A stretch of 64,000 nt of DNA from Plasmodiophora brassicae (taxonomy: Eukaryota). The DNA lies in assembly GCA_036867785.1 (NCBI GenBank), contig CP145422.1, positions 930,001 through 994,000 of the forward strand. The letters run 5' to 3'. A program made the translations under genes and the position numbers. This document shows positions 24,877 through 37,500 of the stretch, one piece after another. The notes below the pieces were generated by a model. The model was not told the origin of the DNA. It worked only from the letters and a program-made list of their open reading frames with translations, and ran no database searches. The number at the start of each line of letters is the position of its first letter. Position 1 is the first letter of the stretch.

Positions 24877-26373
24877 TTACTGGAGGATTGACGGCACCTC
24901 AAGCCCGGTGGTCTTCAAGGGCACGACACGGCCAGTATCCCGCGGCCGAGCTGAAACAGGTTTTGCCATCATGACACGACATAAACTGGTGAGAGCGCGA
25001 GCAGTTCCTCCTCCTCCCCAAAACAACACCCAGCCGAGATGAGTGTACACAAATGTGGTTACAGCAATGGGCAGGAAACAAACGAACGCGATCATAGAAA
25101 AGGACAGATACAGCGTCCAATGCGCCAGCCGACGCAGGAGATCGTCCACCCCATCCGCGTTCGCACTGTTTTTGACTTGCGAAACGGTTTGACCAATGGC
25201 GTTCTGGAGCCTCACCACTTGCATCAGGAACTGGACGCCAACGACCAGCTGCATCACCATAATGAGAGCTGCTGTGAACTGGTAAATATAAGGAATGCTA
25301 ATGTAAAATAGGTTGCACAGGCAGGTGAACGTGTCCAGAAGAAGAGGAAGCACGCAGAGCGCGACCTTGGCAAAAGGGTGGCGTTCGAGACAATGACCCA
25401 ACCACGAGTCATGTCGACCACATCCAGGCATTTGCTTGATAATGCTTGTCCAGAGCAGTGCACTAAGCACATCACATGTGAATCCCCAACCTGACAGTCC
25501 CGTGATGAAGAATTCCGTAATCTGGTACGGCATGACGTCGTTGCTCTGCCAGCCTCCAATGCCGATGAAGGCGCACATGGCAAATGTGGTGAAGAATTCA
25601 ATGGTGAGGATCAGGTGGACGATGGAGAAACGATTTCCAAAGAATTTTAAGCGGCGTTGCCACGTGTGCATTGACCGCATTGGGAATCGTTCGACGAACT
25701 CGGAGTTTAAATGCTGTAGGTGGCTGTTAAGAAAAACCGCGGCAAATATGAATGCGGCCCCGAAAATGGCCGTTGGAATCCACCGGAGTGGTAGTTGAAC
25801 GAACCATTGATGGTAAAACCCATCCCAGTCGCTGACGTCCGGTTCTATACTAATTCGAATGCGTTGGTTGGGCTCATTGTTCACCAAGTAATCCGTTAAA
25901 GAGACACCAGGCAGGGCCGGCTCTTCAACCGCAACGAAGAGCATCCCGTTCCTGTCGGGTTCTGGCTGGTATCGGTTATTGGAGTAAAAATGGATCGGGT
26001 CCGAGACATCGTATCCATTCGGGTAGATGGCAATCAGTGCTGCAACGTCTTTCTCCTGCAGACGAGTATATCTCAGTGACAAAGGACATGAGATAAACGA
26101 TGTTGCTATCACGAGCACGACTCGCCCTCGAGCTTCGTCTGGGACGTCACGGTTTGTAATACACAAGTTGTTTCCGTTGACGACAATGAAGTCGGCAGTA
26201 ATGTTAACGACGACCGGATCGCTGCCCTGTGGGCCGAGGTATTTGTTTTGTGGGACGCTCCGCATACGTATTCCAGCGAACGGCGAATCGATAGGCTCAG
26301 CGATTACCATCGCGCAGTCAACCATCCTTAGCACGCCTAACAGAATTAGGACGACGCAATTCCACACGCTCAT
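24877..26373 (-). CDS. PA-domain 7TM receptor family, intact copy
   Basis: Start MSVWNCVVLILLG…; all family motifs present (DSPFAGIRMRSVP, PNGYDVSDP, PDVSDWD, GGWQSN, GLSGWGFTCD, GWVLFWGGGGTARALTS). Confidence 0.85.
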   Translation of the reverse strand: MSVWNCVVLILLGVLRMVDCAMVIAEPIDSPFAGIRMRSVPQNKYLGPQGSDPVVVNITADFIVVNGNNLCITNRDVPDEARGRVVLVIATSFISCPLSLRYTRLQEKDVAALIAIYPNGYDVSDPIHFYSNNRYQPEPDRNGMLFVAVEEPALPGVSLTDYLVNNEPNQRIRISIEPDVSDWDGFYHQWFVQLPLRWIPTAIFGAAFIFAAVFLNSHLQHLNSEFVERFPMRSMHTWQRRLKFFGNRFSIVHLILTIEFFTTFAMCAFIGIGGWQSNDVMPYQITEFFITGLSGWGFTCDVLSALLWTSIIKQMPGCGRHDSWLGHCLERHPFAKVALCVLPLLLDTFTCLCNLFYISIPYIYQFTAALIMVMQLVVGVQFLMQVVRLQNAIGQTVSQVKNSANADGVDDLLRRLAHWTLYLSFSMIAFVCFLPIAVTTFVYTHLGWVLFWGGGGTARALTSLCRVMMAKPVSARPRDTGRVVPLKTTGLEVPSILQ

Positions 26374-26815
26374 GGGTGCGAAATCGACCATCCAGATACA
26401 TATGGACGTCCCTTGCGATGCGACCCGGTACGGATCGGATGTACCTATCCAGAGGTATCCCTCGATTGAGTGACTACTGTGCAATTGGTTCCAACTGTAG
26501 TTCATTTTATCGGGGTGATGTAAAGAATGGCACCTGCTTGTGGACTGCCCAGCTTGGCGAATACCTGTTTCCACCTGATTTCTGCACTACCTTACTCTAT
26601 ACCGCGATGAAGTCGGGTTATCGCGCGCCAACCTCGGGTATGACTGGAATGGAATGGATTAACTGTATCTGCGATAAGTACCGCTGCTCGCCACGACCAC
26701 AGGGGATGTGCAGCCCAAATAGGGCTACGAAATATGGACAAATGTGGGTCGACATTCTGAATACGATTAGGTGTTGATGGATCGAACGTGTACACATTTG
26801 GTCAACTAGCCCCGG

Positions 26816-28327
26816 ATGAGCAAGCATGGCTTTGTCGCCCTCCTGATATGGGTAGTGGGAGTGGTCGATGGCGCAATGGTTATCCTTCAGCCAACCCATT
26901 CGCCATTCGCTGAGATCCGCATGCGCAGCGTCCCGTACAGTAAATACCTCGGCCCGCAGGGCACGGATCCCGTCGTCGTCAACATCACAGCAGAAATCAT
27001 GGTCGTGAACGGCAACAGTCTGTGCACTACAAACCGCGACATCCCAGACGAAGTTCGAGGTCGCGTCGTGCTAGTGATAACAACATCATTTATCTCGTGC
27101 CCTGTTTCGCTAAGATACACTCATCTGCAGGAGAAAGGCGCCGCAGCTTTGATTACCATCTTCCCTAATGGTTACGATGTCTCGGACCCAATTCGATTCT
27201 ATTCTCGCAACCGGTATCAGCCAGAACCAAGCAACAACAACATGGTCTTCGTAGCCGTGGAGGAACCACCCGGGTCTAGTATCTCCCTGACTGACTACTT
27301 AGTTAACAGTGGCCCCAAGAACACGGTTCTGGTCAGCATACAACCGGACGTCAGCGACTGGGATGGGTTTTACCACCAGTGGTATGTTCAACTTCCTCTG
27401 CGATGGATTCCAGCAGCCGTCTTTGGGACTGCGTTTCTAGTCGCTGTCAATCTTCTTCGCAAACACCTGCAGGTCATGAACACCGATTTCATTGATCGTT
27501 TCCCAACGCAGGCAATGCAGACGCGGGAACGCCGCTTAAAATTCCTCGCAAAACGTTTTTCCATTGTTCAGCTGATCCTCGCCATTGAATTGGTCACCAC
27601 ATTCGCCATGTGCGCCTTCATCGGCATTGGAGGCTGGCAGAGCAACGATATCATGCCGTACCAGATTACGCAATTCTTCATCACGGGACTGTCCGGCTGG
27701 GGGTTCACCTGCGATGTACTTAGTGCTCTCCTCTGGACTAGTATAATCAAACAGATGCCTGGGTCCGGCCGTGATTCGTGGTTCGGCCAGTTTCTTGAAC
27801 ACCACCGGCTTGCTAAGGTCTCGCTTTGCGTGTTTCCCCTTCTTCTCGATACGCTAACGTGCCTGAGTAACCTACTCTACATTAACATTCCCTACATGTA
27901 CCAGTTCACAGCGTCCTTGATCATGGTCTTGCAGCTGGCTGTCGGTATCCAGTTTCTTATTCAGGCGTTGGGGTTTCAGAATATTATGGCGCAAACGGTT
28001 TCGCAGGACGGGGACAACTTGACGCTTGATGGCGTGGACGACCTTCTGCGTCGATTGTCTCGTTGGACGCTGTGTCTGTCACTCTCTATGCTGGCTTTCG
28101 TCTGTTTGTTACCAATCGCAGTAACCACGTTTGTATACACACATCTCGGCTGGGTGCTGTTCTGGGGAGGAGGCGGAACTGCTCGTGCCCTCACCAGCTT
28201 TTGCAGGGTTATGATGGCACAACCATCTTCGGGACGCGACAGCGGTCGCATCGTACCTGCTCTGCAGACTTCTAGTGCCGCAATTCCGTCGACACTTACA
28301 GCTCCAATACTAAAGTTGTTAAAATGA
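26816..28327 (+). CDS. PA-domain 7TM receptor family, intact copy (503 aa), head-to-head with the previous copy
   Basis: Uninterrupted ORF with signal peptide, PA-like domain and 7 TM helices. Confidence 0.85.
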   Translation: MSKHGFVALLIWVVGVVDGAMVILQPTHSPFAEIRMRSVPYSKYLGPQGTDPVVVNITAEIMVVNGNSLCTTNRDIPDEVRGRVVLVITTSFISCPVSLRYTHLQEKGAAALITIFPNGYDVSDPIRFYSRNRYQPEPSNNNMVFVAVEEPPGSSISLTDYLVNSGPKNTVLVSIQPDVSDWDGFYHQWYVQLPLRWIPAAVFGTAFLVAVNLLRKHLQVMNTDFIDRFPTQAMQTRERRLKFLAKRFSIVQLILAIELVTTFAMCAFIGIGGWQSNDIMPYQITQFFITGLSGWGFTCDVLSALLWTSIIKQMPGSGRDSWFGQFLEHHRLAKVSLCVFPLLLDTLTCLSNLLYINIPYMYQFTASLIMVLQLAVGIQFLIQALGFQNIMAQTVSQDGDNLTLDGVDDLLRRLSRWTLCLSLSMLAFVCLLPIAVTTFVYTHLGWVLFWGGGGTARALTSFCRVMMAQPSSGRDSGRIVPALQTSSAAIPSTLTAPILKLLK

Positions 28328-28580
28328 TCGGCGAGCAGAGCCCCGCTGTAGCGTGGATGTTGCGAATCTGAAACTGTCATACTGCCGTCTTAAATATTGA
28401 GAACGAGGTCCAAGGATGATTACGTACGGAAACCGATGGACGAAGGTACAAACTATTCTACATTGCAGACGTGGGCCCACAACTCCCGCTGACGGTTCCT
28501 GATGATTCGTGGCCGGGCCGGAAACCCCGTCTGATAAGGTAAGACCCCCACAGCTGATTGTTCAATGAAATGTTGTTCAG

Positions 28581-28959
28581 TTAGTTTACTGCGAAGTTGC
28601 AGTGGGCCCTGGTGCGATAGCACGGTTCCGTGCCCGTGAGGGCTGTGTCAGCATGATACGACAGAAGCTTGTTAAGGCGCGTCATGACGTTCCAGCACCT
28701 GACCAGAAGAGCACCCAGCCAACATGTGTGTACAGGAACGAGTTCGTCGCCGCGATAGGCGAAAAACTGACGAAGGCGATCATAGAAAGCGCGATACACA
28801 TTGTCCAACGGTTTAGCCGGTGCAGGAGCTTATCCATGCTTAAATCCATTTGCATGGACTTGGTACGCTCAGCATTCATCCGAACATGTCTTTGGAAGCG
28901 AATTGTTTGCACCAAAAACTGGATCCCCACGAGCAGCTGCATGAGCGTAGTCAACAGCG
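28581..28959 (-). pseudogene. PA-7TM family 3' fragment (TM5-TM7)
   Basis: LLTTLMQLLVGIQFLVQ…LLHRLNRWTMC…GWVLFWSGAGTS* with a premature stop. Confidence 0.8.
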
Positions 28960-29188
28960 CGAACGGTGTGACAACTCGTACAAGACGAACAACAATAAGT
29001 TTGTTGCCGATTTTGGAGACGATGGCACGTGGATCAGCACGAGACACTGGCTTTCATCAGCGCTGCGGCCCGTCCAATCCAGATTGAACTCGCAGAAATG
29101 TGCCGCTGTCCCCATGAAGAGGCCATCGTCTCCAAAATCGGCAACAAACTTATCGTTGTTCGTCTTGTACGAGTTGTCACACCGTTCG
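28960..29188. repeat. Near-perfect 67 bp inverted repeat (28960-29026 / 29122-29188), 95 bp spacer
   Basis: The arms are reverse complements with one visible mismatch. Confidence 0.92.
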
Positions 29189-32100
29189 TCTCGGAACAGG
29201 CAATTGCCTACGAGCATGCGATAAGCCGACCAGGATAGAAAGAAACAATCCAACGGAGTATTGTACCGATTAACAAACGTGGTTGGCATTTCATCGTCAC
29301 CGGGAGACGCACAAAACCAAATTCTTGTACGACCTCGGGACGCCGACAGTAACTGTCGAATAAATCCAGCTTAGGGACCAATGCAGCAAAAGTTCCAACC
29401 CTGCAGCGGAACACTGTCTCGAAACGCTGGACCAGTCTGATGTACTCGCCCCTCCACGAATGATTGGCGATGCACGACCACGACCGGCCATCCAAATTGT
29501 ATAAGTGGTGATGTAACCAACAACGTTCAAGGCGGTCAAGTTCCAACGACGAAGAAGGTCCCGACAAGGAACAGAAGATGATTTCATCGCCGAACTCGAG
29601 AGATTCTCTCTTTGACGATAAAAGTGGTACGCCAGTATCGACTGCGTACTGATCGCTGGAATCCGCTCTGGCGAACGTTGCTGCTGACGAGACTTGCAGG
29701 TTGCTGGCAATGCTCGACGTCTGTTCCCTCGTGGAGTGAAGATGCGCCTTCATGTCCCGGATCCACCTTTCGAGCGCAAATGCCCAGACAATGGCATTTA
29801 ATGGGGCCCCAGCGCCGAACCAGTTCCGGGATATGAACCAGCGAATGAAACTAAATGTAAAGTCAATGTTCGAGTTAAGCATCTCGGCGCGACAACAGTG
29901 ACGTACGGAGATGGTAAAAAGCCAATGCTCGAGTTAAGCATCTCGGCGCGACAGCACGGGATAACGTGCTCTAGTTCAGACAAAGCGTCTAGGTACTGAC
30001 GCGCCACATGATCAAAGGTATCGCGGCTGAAAGATTTGGCGAATAGTTTCGAACATGCGGCGAAATAACCGGCGAAACACTGCCATCCAGAACTTGGCAC
30101 GGGGAGACCCGAGATTGCCATAGATCGACCGGAACGTAATGGCAAACCAAAACGCGACGGCGAACTCGCCAGTCCACACCATGGCATTATGGACCTTCCA
30201 GTGCGATTGGCGACACGGGTTTTCGGGCTTGTCGACGTTGTCAGACACCCATACGACGATGGCTAACAGAGCGTCGAGCTCTTTGACTAACGCCGATGAG
30301 TCTGAGTCCGTTTCGAAACCAGGAGCCGGATTCAGTTTCCACTCGGGTTCATTCGTCGTTCGGCGACCGAACTCCATTTCACTCTGATTGAGGCATCAGA
30401 GATAATCCAGCTTACGAAAGTGAAAGACAAGTTACCTGGGAAGAGAATGACGACGTGCCCTTGTCCTCGAGATCAAACGAACGCAACAGAGACGAATGAA
30501 ATCGCGAAAAAGCAGCATGCATGGGATCATGAACGTATCCCACATCGTGACCGAAGTAGTTTAACGTGATAGAGTACACGTCCTGGTATGGCTCCCGCAA
30601 GCCACCACGGTCTTGCTCGTCAGGAGATGTCATGCGCCGCCGCATTTCGACGCTCGTCTTCATTTCCGACTGGCGCATGAATTCGTCGACGGACGCTGGC
30701 TCGAATCTCCGGGAAGGTCGACGCAGTTGAACGTCGCGACGACGGTTGTACGCAGTACGCATCTGGGGATATGTGCAATCAGCGAAAAGTGAGATGACCC
30801 ATTAATTATGTGTGGCATACCGATCGCGAACAGAATCGGAAGAAGCGTAACGCCAGTTCCCAGGGAAGCGAACACCCGATATGTAGACGCCTTCGGTGTT
30901 GCAATGGATGCAGGCGTCTCGTTTGCCGGACATCGAGCACAGGCTACTGGACGACAGCTCCTTGCAGTCCATGACCTGTCCGTGACGACTCGTCAGAGAT
31001 TCCCTTGAACCAGGACATAAAAGGCGATAATGACACACAATACATGCCAGCATGGCTCGAACGAAGACACGAGTCCTAGTGACGGCATTGAAGACAGGAA
31101 AGCTCAGTTCGTACATGAGCCTCAGCTCGTACGCGTCGAGCTCCTGGAACGGCTGCCTTATATTGTTAGCCAACTGAGGTATTAACCCAATTGGCTGCAA
31201 AACCGAGGAATGGCACCGTACGGCTTGCGGAAGGTTTAAGACCACCTGGAGCATAGGCGTGACGGAACACTGACCCCAACTCAAGACGTTGGCACCATCA
31301 ACGTATGACGACAATGCCAGTGGATATTCACCAGCAGCAATAACGGCCTCTGCAAAAGGCTTGAAGACGGACCCACACCAAGTGCCATCAGTCCAGTCGT
31401 CGATCATTTCGGGACGGTTTCGAAATACAGCCAAGAGGCGATCGCGTTCGGCGAGAAGCAGACGGCAAAAGAAAACCGAACGAAATAGTCGTTGGATGTG
31501 CAACATCCGCGGAAAATAGAAGAAAGGCTGCCGAACGCCTCTGCATCAAGGCAAATCAGGATCGTCGTCCGCAGGCCACATGTGGCCCTTTCCACACACG
31601 TAGAATTTCAGGTACGGCAATGCGAGGCCGAGAGACAGAAGGCGATCTCGCAATTGGTCGAAGTCGGAGAGATCGTGTGCGCTCTCCACAATCGACTCGC
31701 GGTCGGAGATGTCGACGCCTTTTGAGTCGGTGTAGTGTCGGAACTGTGCGGAAAGCAGTTAGAAGACTGTGTCATTAGTAATCTTATGTAAATACGTACG
31801 CGTAGCAGCAGTTCGTTTTTGGCAACATTAATATGGAGCGCCTGGCGTTTCAAGGATCGCGACAACGACGAAAACGTATGCCGCCCACGGGCGAACTCGT
31901 CCAATAAATCGAACGCTGGAATATCTGACGCTTCAATATTTAGAGGGGATAACAGATAGGGCAGTTGCTGCTTCAAAAAGTCGGCCAGTGCGATCTGATT
32001 CCGAAAGCGAATATCGAAATCGGGCGGACGATCGTGCACGCCCAGGTTCTGGAATTCGTCGGGCAATCCAACTGTGAGGTCGAAGTCGATGCGCGGCGAG

Positions 32101-32604
32101 CCGGGAACAGTCCAGTCGACGTCCATGCTGGGAAGCCCGATGTCATCGCCGTCGAGACTATCCGATGAGCTCCGAGAACACAGCGAAATGTCGTCCACGA
32201 CGTCAGACAAGGACTCGACGGACGGAGTGCGGTTCCCATTGCTTGACCCAAGGTCCTGGATGTCGTCGAGATAGGCGTCGCCGTGGACACCGAAGACGTC
32301 ATCGATCTCCATCTTCACGATACGATACCAAGTCCGCCGCGCGCACTTGGTGGTTAGTATTGTGCAATGTGCAGGCACGGTCGGCGTCGATCGATTTTGA
32401 CGCGCCAGTCGCCACTGACAACCTGCAGACAGGGATTTCGTTTATATTGACGCAATAATGACGCTCGGAAGAAAACAACGTTTCGTTGGCATTGACGCTT
32501 CATTGACATGGACAAGAAACGACTTTTCATTGACCTTTACGGTGCCTGTAACTGCATGCAGCGCCGTGGAAGGACTGTTATTTGACGCTTCTGGGTTTCT
32601 AGTG
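28960..32604 (-). mobile_element. Degenerate CACTA/EnSpm (CMC) DNA transposon; one terminus retained
   Basis: The minus strand begins CACTAGAAA at 32604, with subterminal TTGACGC-like repeats at ~32396-32590. Tnp2-like ORF pieces: YVDG…NLPQAVR…IGLIP…D…C..C, HDPMH, GAP…WAFALER…K…SIA. Confidence 0.8.
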
Positions 32605-32770
32605 ACAGATGTGATCAGGTCGATGACGTCGGCAGTACGCTGTGGACCGAGGTACATATATATATACATGTTGAAACAACGATCTACATCTGAATTCCAA
32701 CAAATTAATTAAACAGCGAATCAGCCGGTCCAGCGACGGCCATATAGAACACAGGCAGGACGAACGTCAT
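32605..32770 (-). pseudogene. PA-7TM family decayed 5' fragment
   Basis: MTFVLPVFYMAVAGPADSLF … YLGPQRTADVIDLITSV, directly abutting the CACTA terminus. Confidence 0.6.
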
Positions 32771-34599
32771 CAGGAAATGGACGTGGGTTAATTACTGGCG
32801 TTTTCCATGAGCGTGTCCCAAACACGCTGCCCAGCGAGATGCGCCAGCAGACGTCCACCCAGAGCAATTAGGATATATGCTGCTCAGTGCTCATCACCCT
32901 CGTTGCTGTTCGAAAGCAGCATTCGCTGTTACGGCAATAAAGGCGCGGCATTCGTTAATGACTGGTAAAAGTTACGCTACCGGTAGTGGTTTGTCACGAT
33001 GACAATAAACCGTCCCAGGGCACCGAACTGGTCAGCCGGATATCCCATCTTGTGAAGACATTCATTATCTGACATCGCACTAGTGCATTGTGCTGTCTCC
33101 TAACACTCACTGCCGATGACGGAATATCCTTCAAGTGCAGTACTGCTAAATAAGACGGTGTTGCCGGTCCAGATCGACAAGCAAAGGCTGACGCGAGTAC
33201 GCCGCTCTGATCATCACTGTCAAAATCAGCGGAATAGACTTCATTACGTCATAGTAGCAAATTGTGACGCTGTCGTCTGAGGAGGATCAAGTGCGTCCAT
33301 TTCCGGTTTAACGTGGCAATGTACGATTACCCGTAGTCGGCAAAGGTGCCACAAGAGCACTCTCTCGTGCAGGAGGTGGCTGTGCCATCATCACGCGACA
33401 GAGGCTGGTGAGTGCGCGAGCCGTCCCTGCTCCTGACCAGAAAAGCACCCAACCAACATGCGTGTACAGGAACGAGGTCGTTGCTGCGATGGGTGCAAAG
33501 CAAACGAACGCGATCATAGCTAGTGCCAGACACAGCGTCCAAACGTTCAATCGTTGCAGAAGCTTGTCCATTGCGTCAGACCCGTTGGATTTGACATGTT
33601 GTCGAGCGTGCCTCTGGAAACGAACTGCTTGAACCAGGAACTGGATGCCAACGGCTAACTGCATGAACGTGGTCACCAACGGAATGACCTTCCATGTATA
33701 CGGAAAGTTGATGTACAGAGCGGTGGCTAGGCATGATCCCGTGTCAAGCACCGCAGGGAGCACGCAGAGGGCCACCTTAGTCAACGGGTGGCCTTCTAAG
33801 AAACGACCGAACCACGAATCGCGTCCCAGCCTGGGCGTCTCTTTGATAATGTTCGTCCAGAGTACCGTACTGAGCACGTCGCAGGTAAACCCCCACCCGG
33901 ACAGTCCTGTGATGAAGAAAAACGCCATCTCATGAGGCAGGATGTCATTGCTCTGCCAGCCCCCGACTGCAATAAACGCACTAAGGGCGAACGTGGTCAC
34001 TAGTTCAATGACGAGGATCATGTGGACGATGGAGAGATGCGTCCCGGTAAACTTCAGTCGGCGCTGTCGTGTTCGCATGGACGGTATTGGAAAATGCTTG
34101 ATGAACTCGGCGTTGATTTGCTGGAGATGCGTGTACAGAAACCTAGCAGAGTTTACAAACGCGAAAGCGAATATGGTTGTCGGGATCCAACGGAAGAGAA
34201 CTTGGATGTACCATTGATGATAGAATTCATCCCAGTCGCTTACATCCGGTTGTATGCTTATGACAACCCGGGTCTGTTGCCTGTAATTTCCTCCCGATAT
34301 CAGATAATCGTTCAGTGAAACGTCCGTCTCCGCCGGTTCCTCGACGGCTACGAACAGCATGTTGTTGCTCACGGGGCCCGGCTGCTCGCGGTTTTTAAAG
34401 TTGAAGTTGATCGGATTTGAGACATCATAACCATTTGGGAAAATGTTGATCCAGGCCGCCGCGCCCTTTTCCTGCAGCAGGACGTAGTTGTGTGTGTCGG
34501 AACACCCGACCAGTGGGGTCGATGTGAATAACACGATGCGTCCTCGCACATCGTCTGGAATGCCGCCGTTCCCACCACACTGGCAGTCGCCATTCACGG

Positions 34600-37500
34600 T
34601 GTGCTAACGCCGCCGCTGCCCACTACGGGGGCGGTCGGTCGCAAGAGTCGGCGCCTGGTGATATAACGAACTGATGTATTTGGACAGGATCGTCACAGCA
34701 AGGGCCGCTGCGGGGTCGAGTACGGTCATGATCATGTGACCGGGTGGCAGCAGCATCTGAGCAGCATCATCTGAGTACTGGTACTCTGGATGAACACTCC
34801 CCGTGTTAGAAATCTGCTAACAGTCGTGAGCAGAGCGGGTCTCCTTCGGCTTGTCGTTCGAGGAAGGCCCTGACGATATCAGGAACATCGGCCGCCATGA
34901 CCGAGTAAGGTTCCCATGAATTGTCGGTGGCATCGAATCCGATCCAGTTGATCAGTAGTTCAGTGTCACCTGACGTAGAGTTGACTCGAATGTCCTCGAC
35001 TGCGTTGACTTGGTAAGCCACGCCGGTGAGCGCGATGTTGTGCTTCAGGGAAGAGGTGACATTCAAGTGCGCATCTGCATAGAACATTAAGCGCTGGGCG
35101 TGTACATCTGAGATACGATCAGTCAAGAGATCTCGAACTCGATACACCCAGTCGTTGATGGTGTCGATAATCTGGGCAGGTCCAGTCCAGTTGTACTCGG
35201 ACTTGGAGTGCTTGCCATGGTTGGCCACGAGAACATAGTCGCCCGTCGTGAAGTTGATCTCGCGAACATTGCGTCGGCGACGCCGGGCGCGTTGCTTGAG
35301 ATCACGTAGATGGGTGCGTGTACGTGCCACTGCTTTGTGCATGTCCTCGAGAGAATCGATAAGTTCCGTCGTCATTTCCTTGAGACGGTCAGGGGTCAAC
35401 GGTACGTCGATAACCGCGTCGATGCGTTTGTTGAAGATAATCGAGATAGGTGTCGAGGGTGGCAAACCCGTAAACATCGTGACAGGCGCGTAGCCCACAC
35501 TTGATCGAACAGTGTGATTTACCGTCATGTTGATCAGCGGAAGGACATACGGCCAATCCTGGAATGGAAGATTTAGCTCGGAGAGGAGGGACTTCAGCAG
35601 AAAGAGAAGCCGCTTGTTGACAACCTCAACCGTGCCGTTCGCCCAAGGTGTGTAGGCAGTTGTGAAATGATGGTTGCAGTGTAACCGGCTATTAAGCTCG
35701 GCGATAACCGCGTTTTTGAAGTGTGTGCCGCGGTCAGAGACATGTTGGAAAACAATGCCGAAACGTTTGAACCAATCCAGAAGAGATTCGGCGACAACGC
35801 TGTGATCCGCGAATTGACAAGGAATTAACTCGACGAATGCCGTGGCGTCGTCCTTCAGAACCAGAACATAACGAAGTTGATGAGAATCGCCTGGACGAGG
35901 TTTGGATAAGAACAGAAAGTCATAGTGGATGACCTTATTGGGCTTGTCCGCATGCATAGCCGTGCCAAAAGGTCGGGGAATCATCGAATCTTTGTTGCGT
36001 AGGCAGTGTAAGCATTTGTCCACAAATGCACGAACAAAGGAATCCAGATCAGGCCACCAGAAGAGTTGTGCGATGCTCGAAATAGTCGATGCAGCAGGTT
36101 GATGACCAGACAGTCCCATATGTGAAATCACTGCGATGCGTAGCTGCAGTGCATGTGATGGTACCCAGAGTTGATTGTCTGGAGTACGCCAGCCAGATTC
36201 CGGGCTAAGGTGGAGAGACATGTCCCCTTCGAGTTGGAGAATATCGGAAACGGCAGATAGGTCGTGTTGGCGAATGTAGTCGGTCTGAGCGTTACTAATC
36301 TCGTCGACAGACGGCCAGATAAACTCATCGGTCATCTTGTAATCGTCGAAGTCAAGATTAATTGCCATATGACGAATAGAACGGAACGATGGAGGGGAAA
36401 ATGAGGAGAGTGGTTGCAGGGCGACGCCCCACCGCGTGGCGAGGTCGGCCCAAACGTTGTCCTCCCCAGCAATGTGCTCAATGTGAAAATCTAGGTCGAT
36501 AATCTGAAGTCGCCAGCGCTCCAAGCGATCGCCGGTCGTCCGACTAATTCGTGCAACCGAGGCTGGGTTCAGAATGAAAACCAAATTACGGTGGTCTGTG
36601 AAGATTCGAAGTGCCAGCTTTGACATAGAGATGAAGTGTCTGAGGCGATAGCAGCCTTCAATGATGGCGTAGGCCTCCTTCTCAATGGTCGCCCACTTCA
36701 ATTGAGAACCACGGAATGTCCCCGAGATGAACGACAAAGGTTCGTGGTGTTGCTCACCGTACGGGAGATCAATATCTTCCGGAGGGATCTGCGACAGGAA
36801 AACAGACCAGAAACGGTCACTCGCATCCGGAAAGAGACACATGATCCATTCGTCCTTGGGGTGCGCCAGCGTCATGGCCTCCGATAGTCGATGCTTCAGA
36901 GAATTGAAACTGGTGAGATGGTCAGTGGTCCAGCCGATGTCGGCTAAACGAACTCGACGTAGGTGTGATTTCTTCAGACTGCTGACAGAACGAGAAGCGG
37001 ACAGAAGTAGATCCTGTAGCGGATGAACATGTGCCGCGAATTGAGGGATAACAGAACGGACCCAATTGAGGCCCGAGAGGAACTGTTGGAGATCAGCAGC
37101 CGTGATAGGAGTTGATAGATCGTGCAAGGCGTTGAGATACGAGCGATCGAACGACACTCCATCAGCGGATATAACGCGACCGCACCATGTCACTGAAGTG
37201 AGATATAACTGGCAGCGATCAGGGTTGAGTTTAACTCCAAACTCGTCGAAAGCGTTGAGAAGAGATTCGAGTGTGTCCATGTAGGCTCCGAATCCAGATA
37301 CGTAGCCGAGGATATCGTCGATCCAGAGTAGGGCGCAGATATATAGAAGTTTCCCCAACACCTGTTGCATTCCCGCCTGGAACGCAAACACGCAATCAGC
37401 GATTCCCTGGATGATGCGCCTGGGTGTAAACGTGGCGATGTGCGTCATGAACGAGCAGGCCTCCTGCGAATCAGGGTGCAACGGAAATTGCCAATAGCCT

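Noticed and set aside
26374-26574. N-terminal extension of the 565 aa ORF (similarly 45510-45584)
   Set aside because: Paralogs start at the signal peptide, so the downstream ATGs (26373, 45509) fit better.
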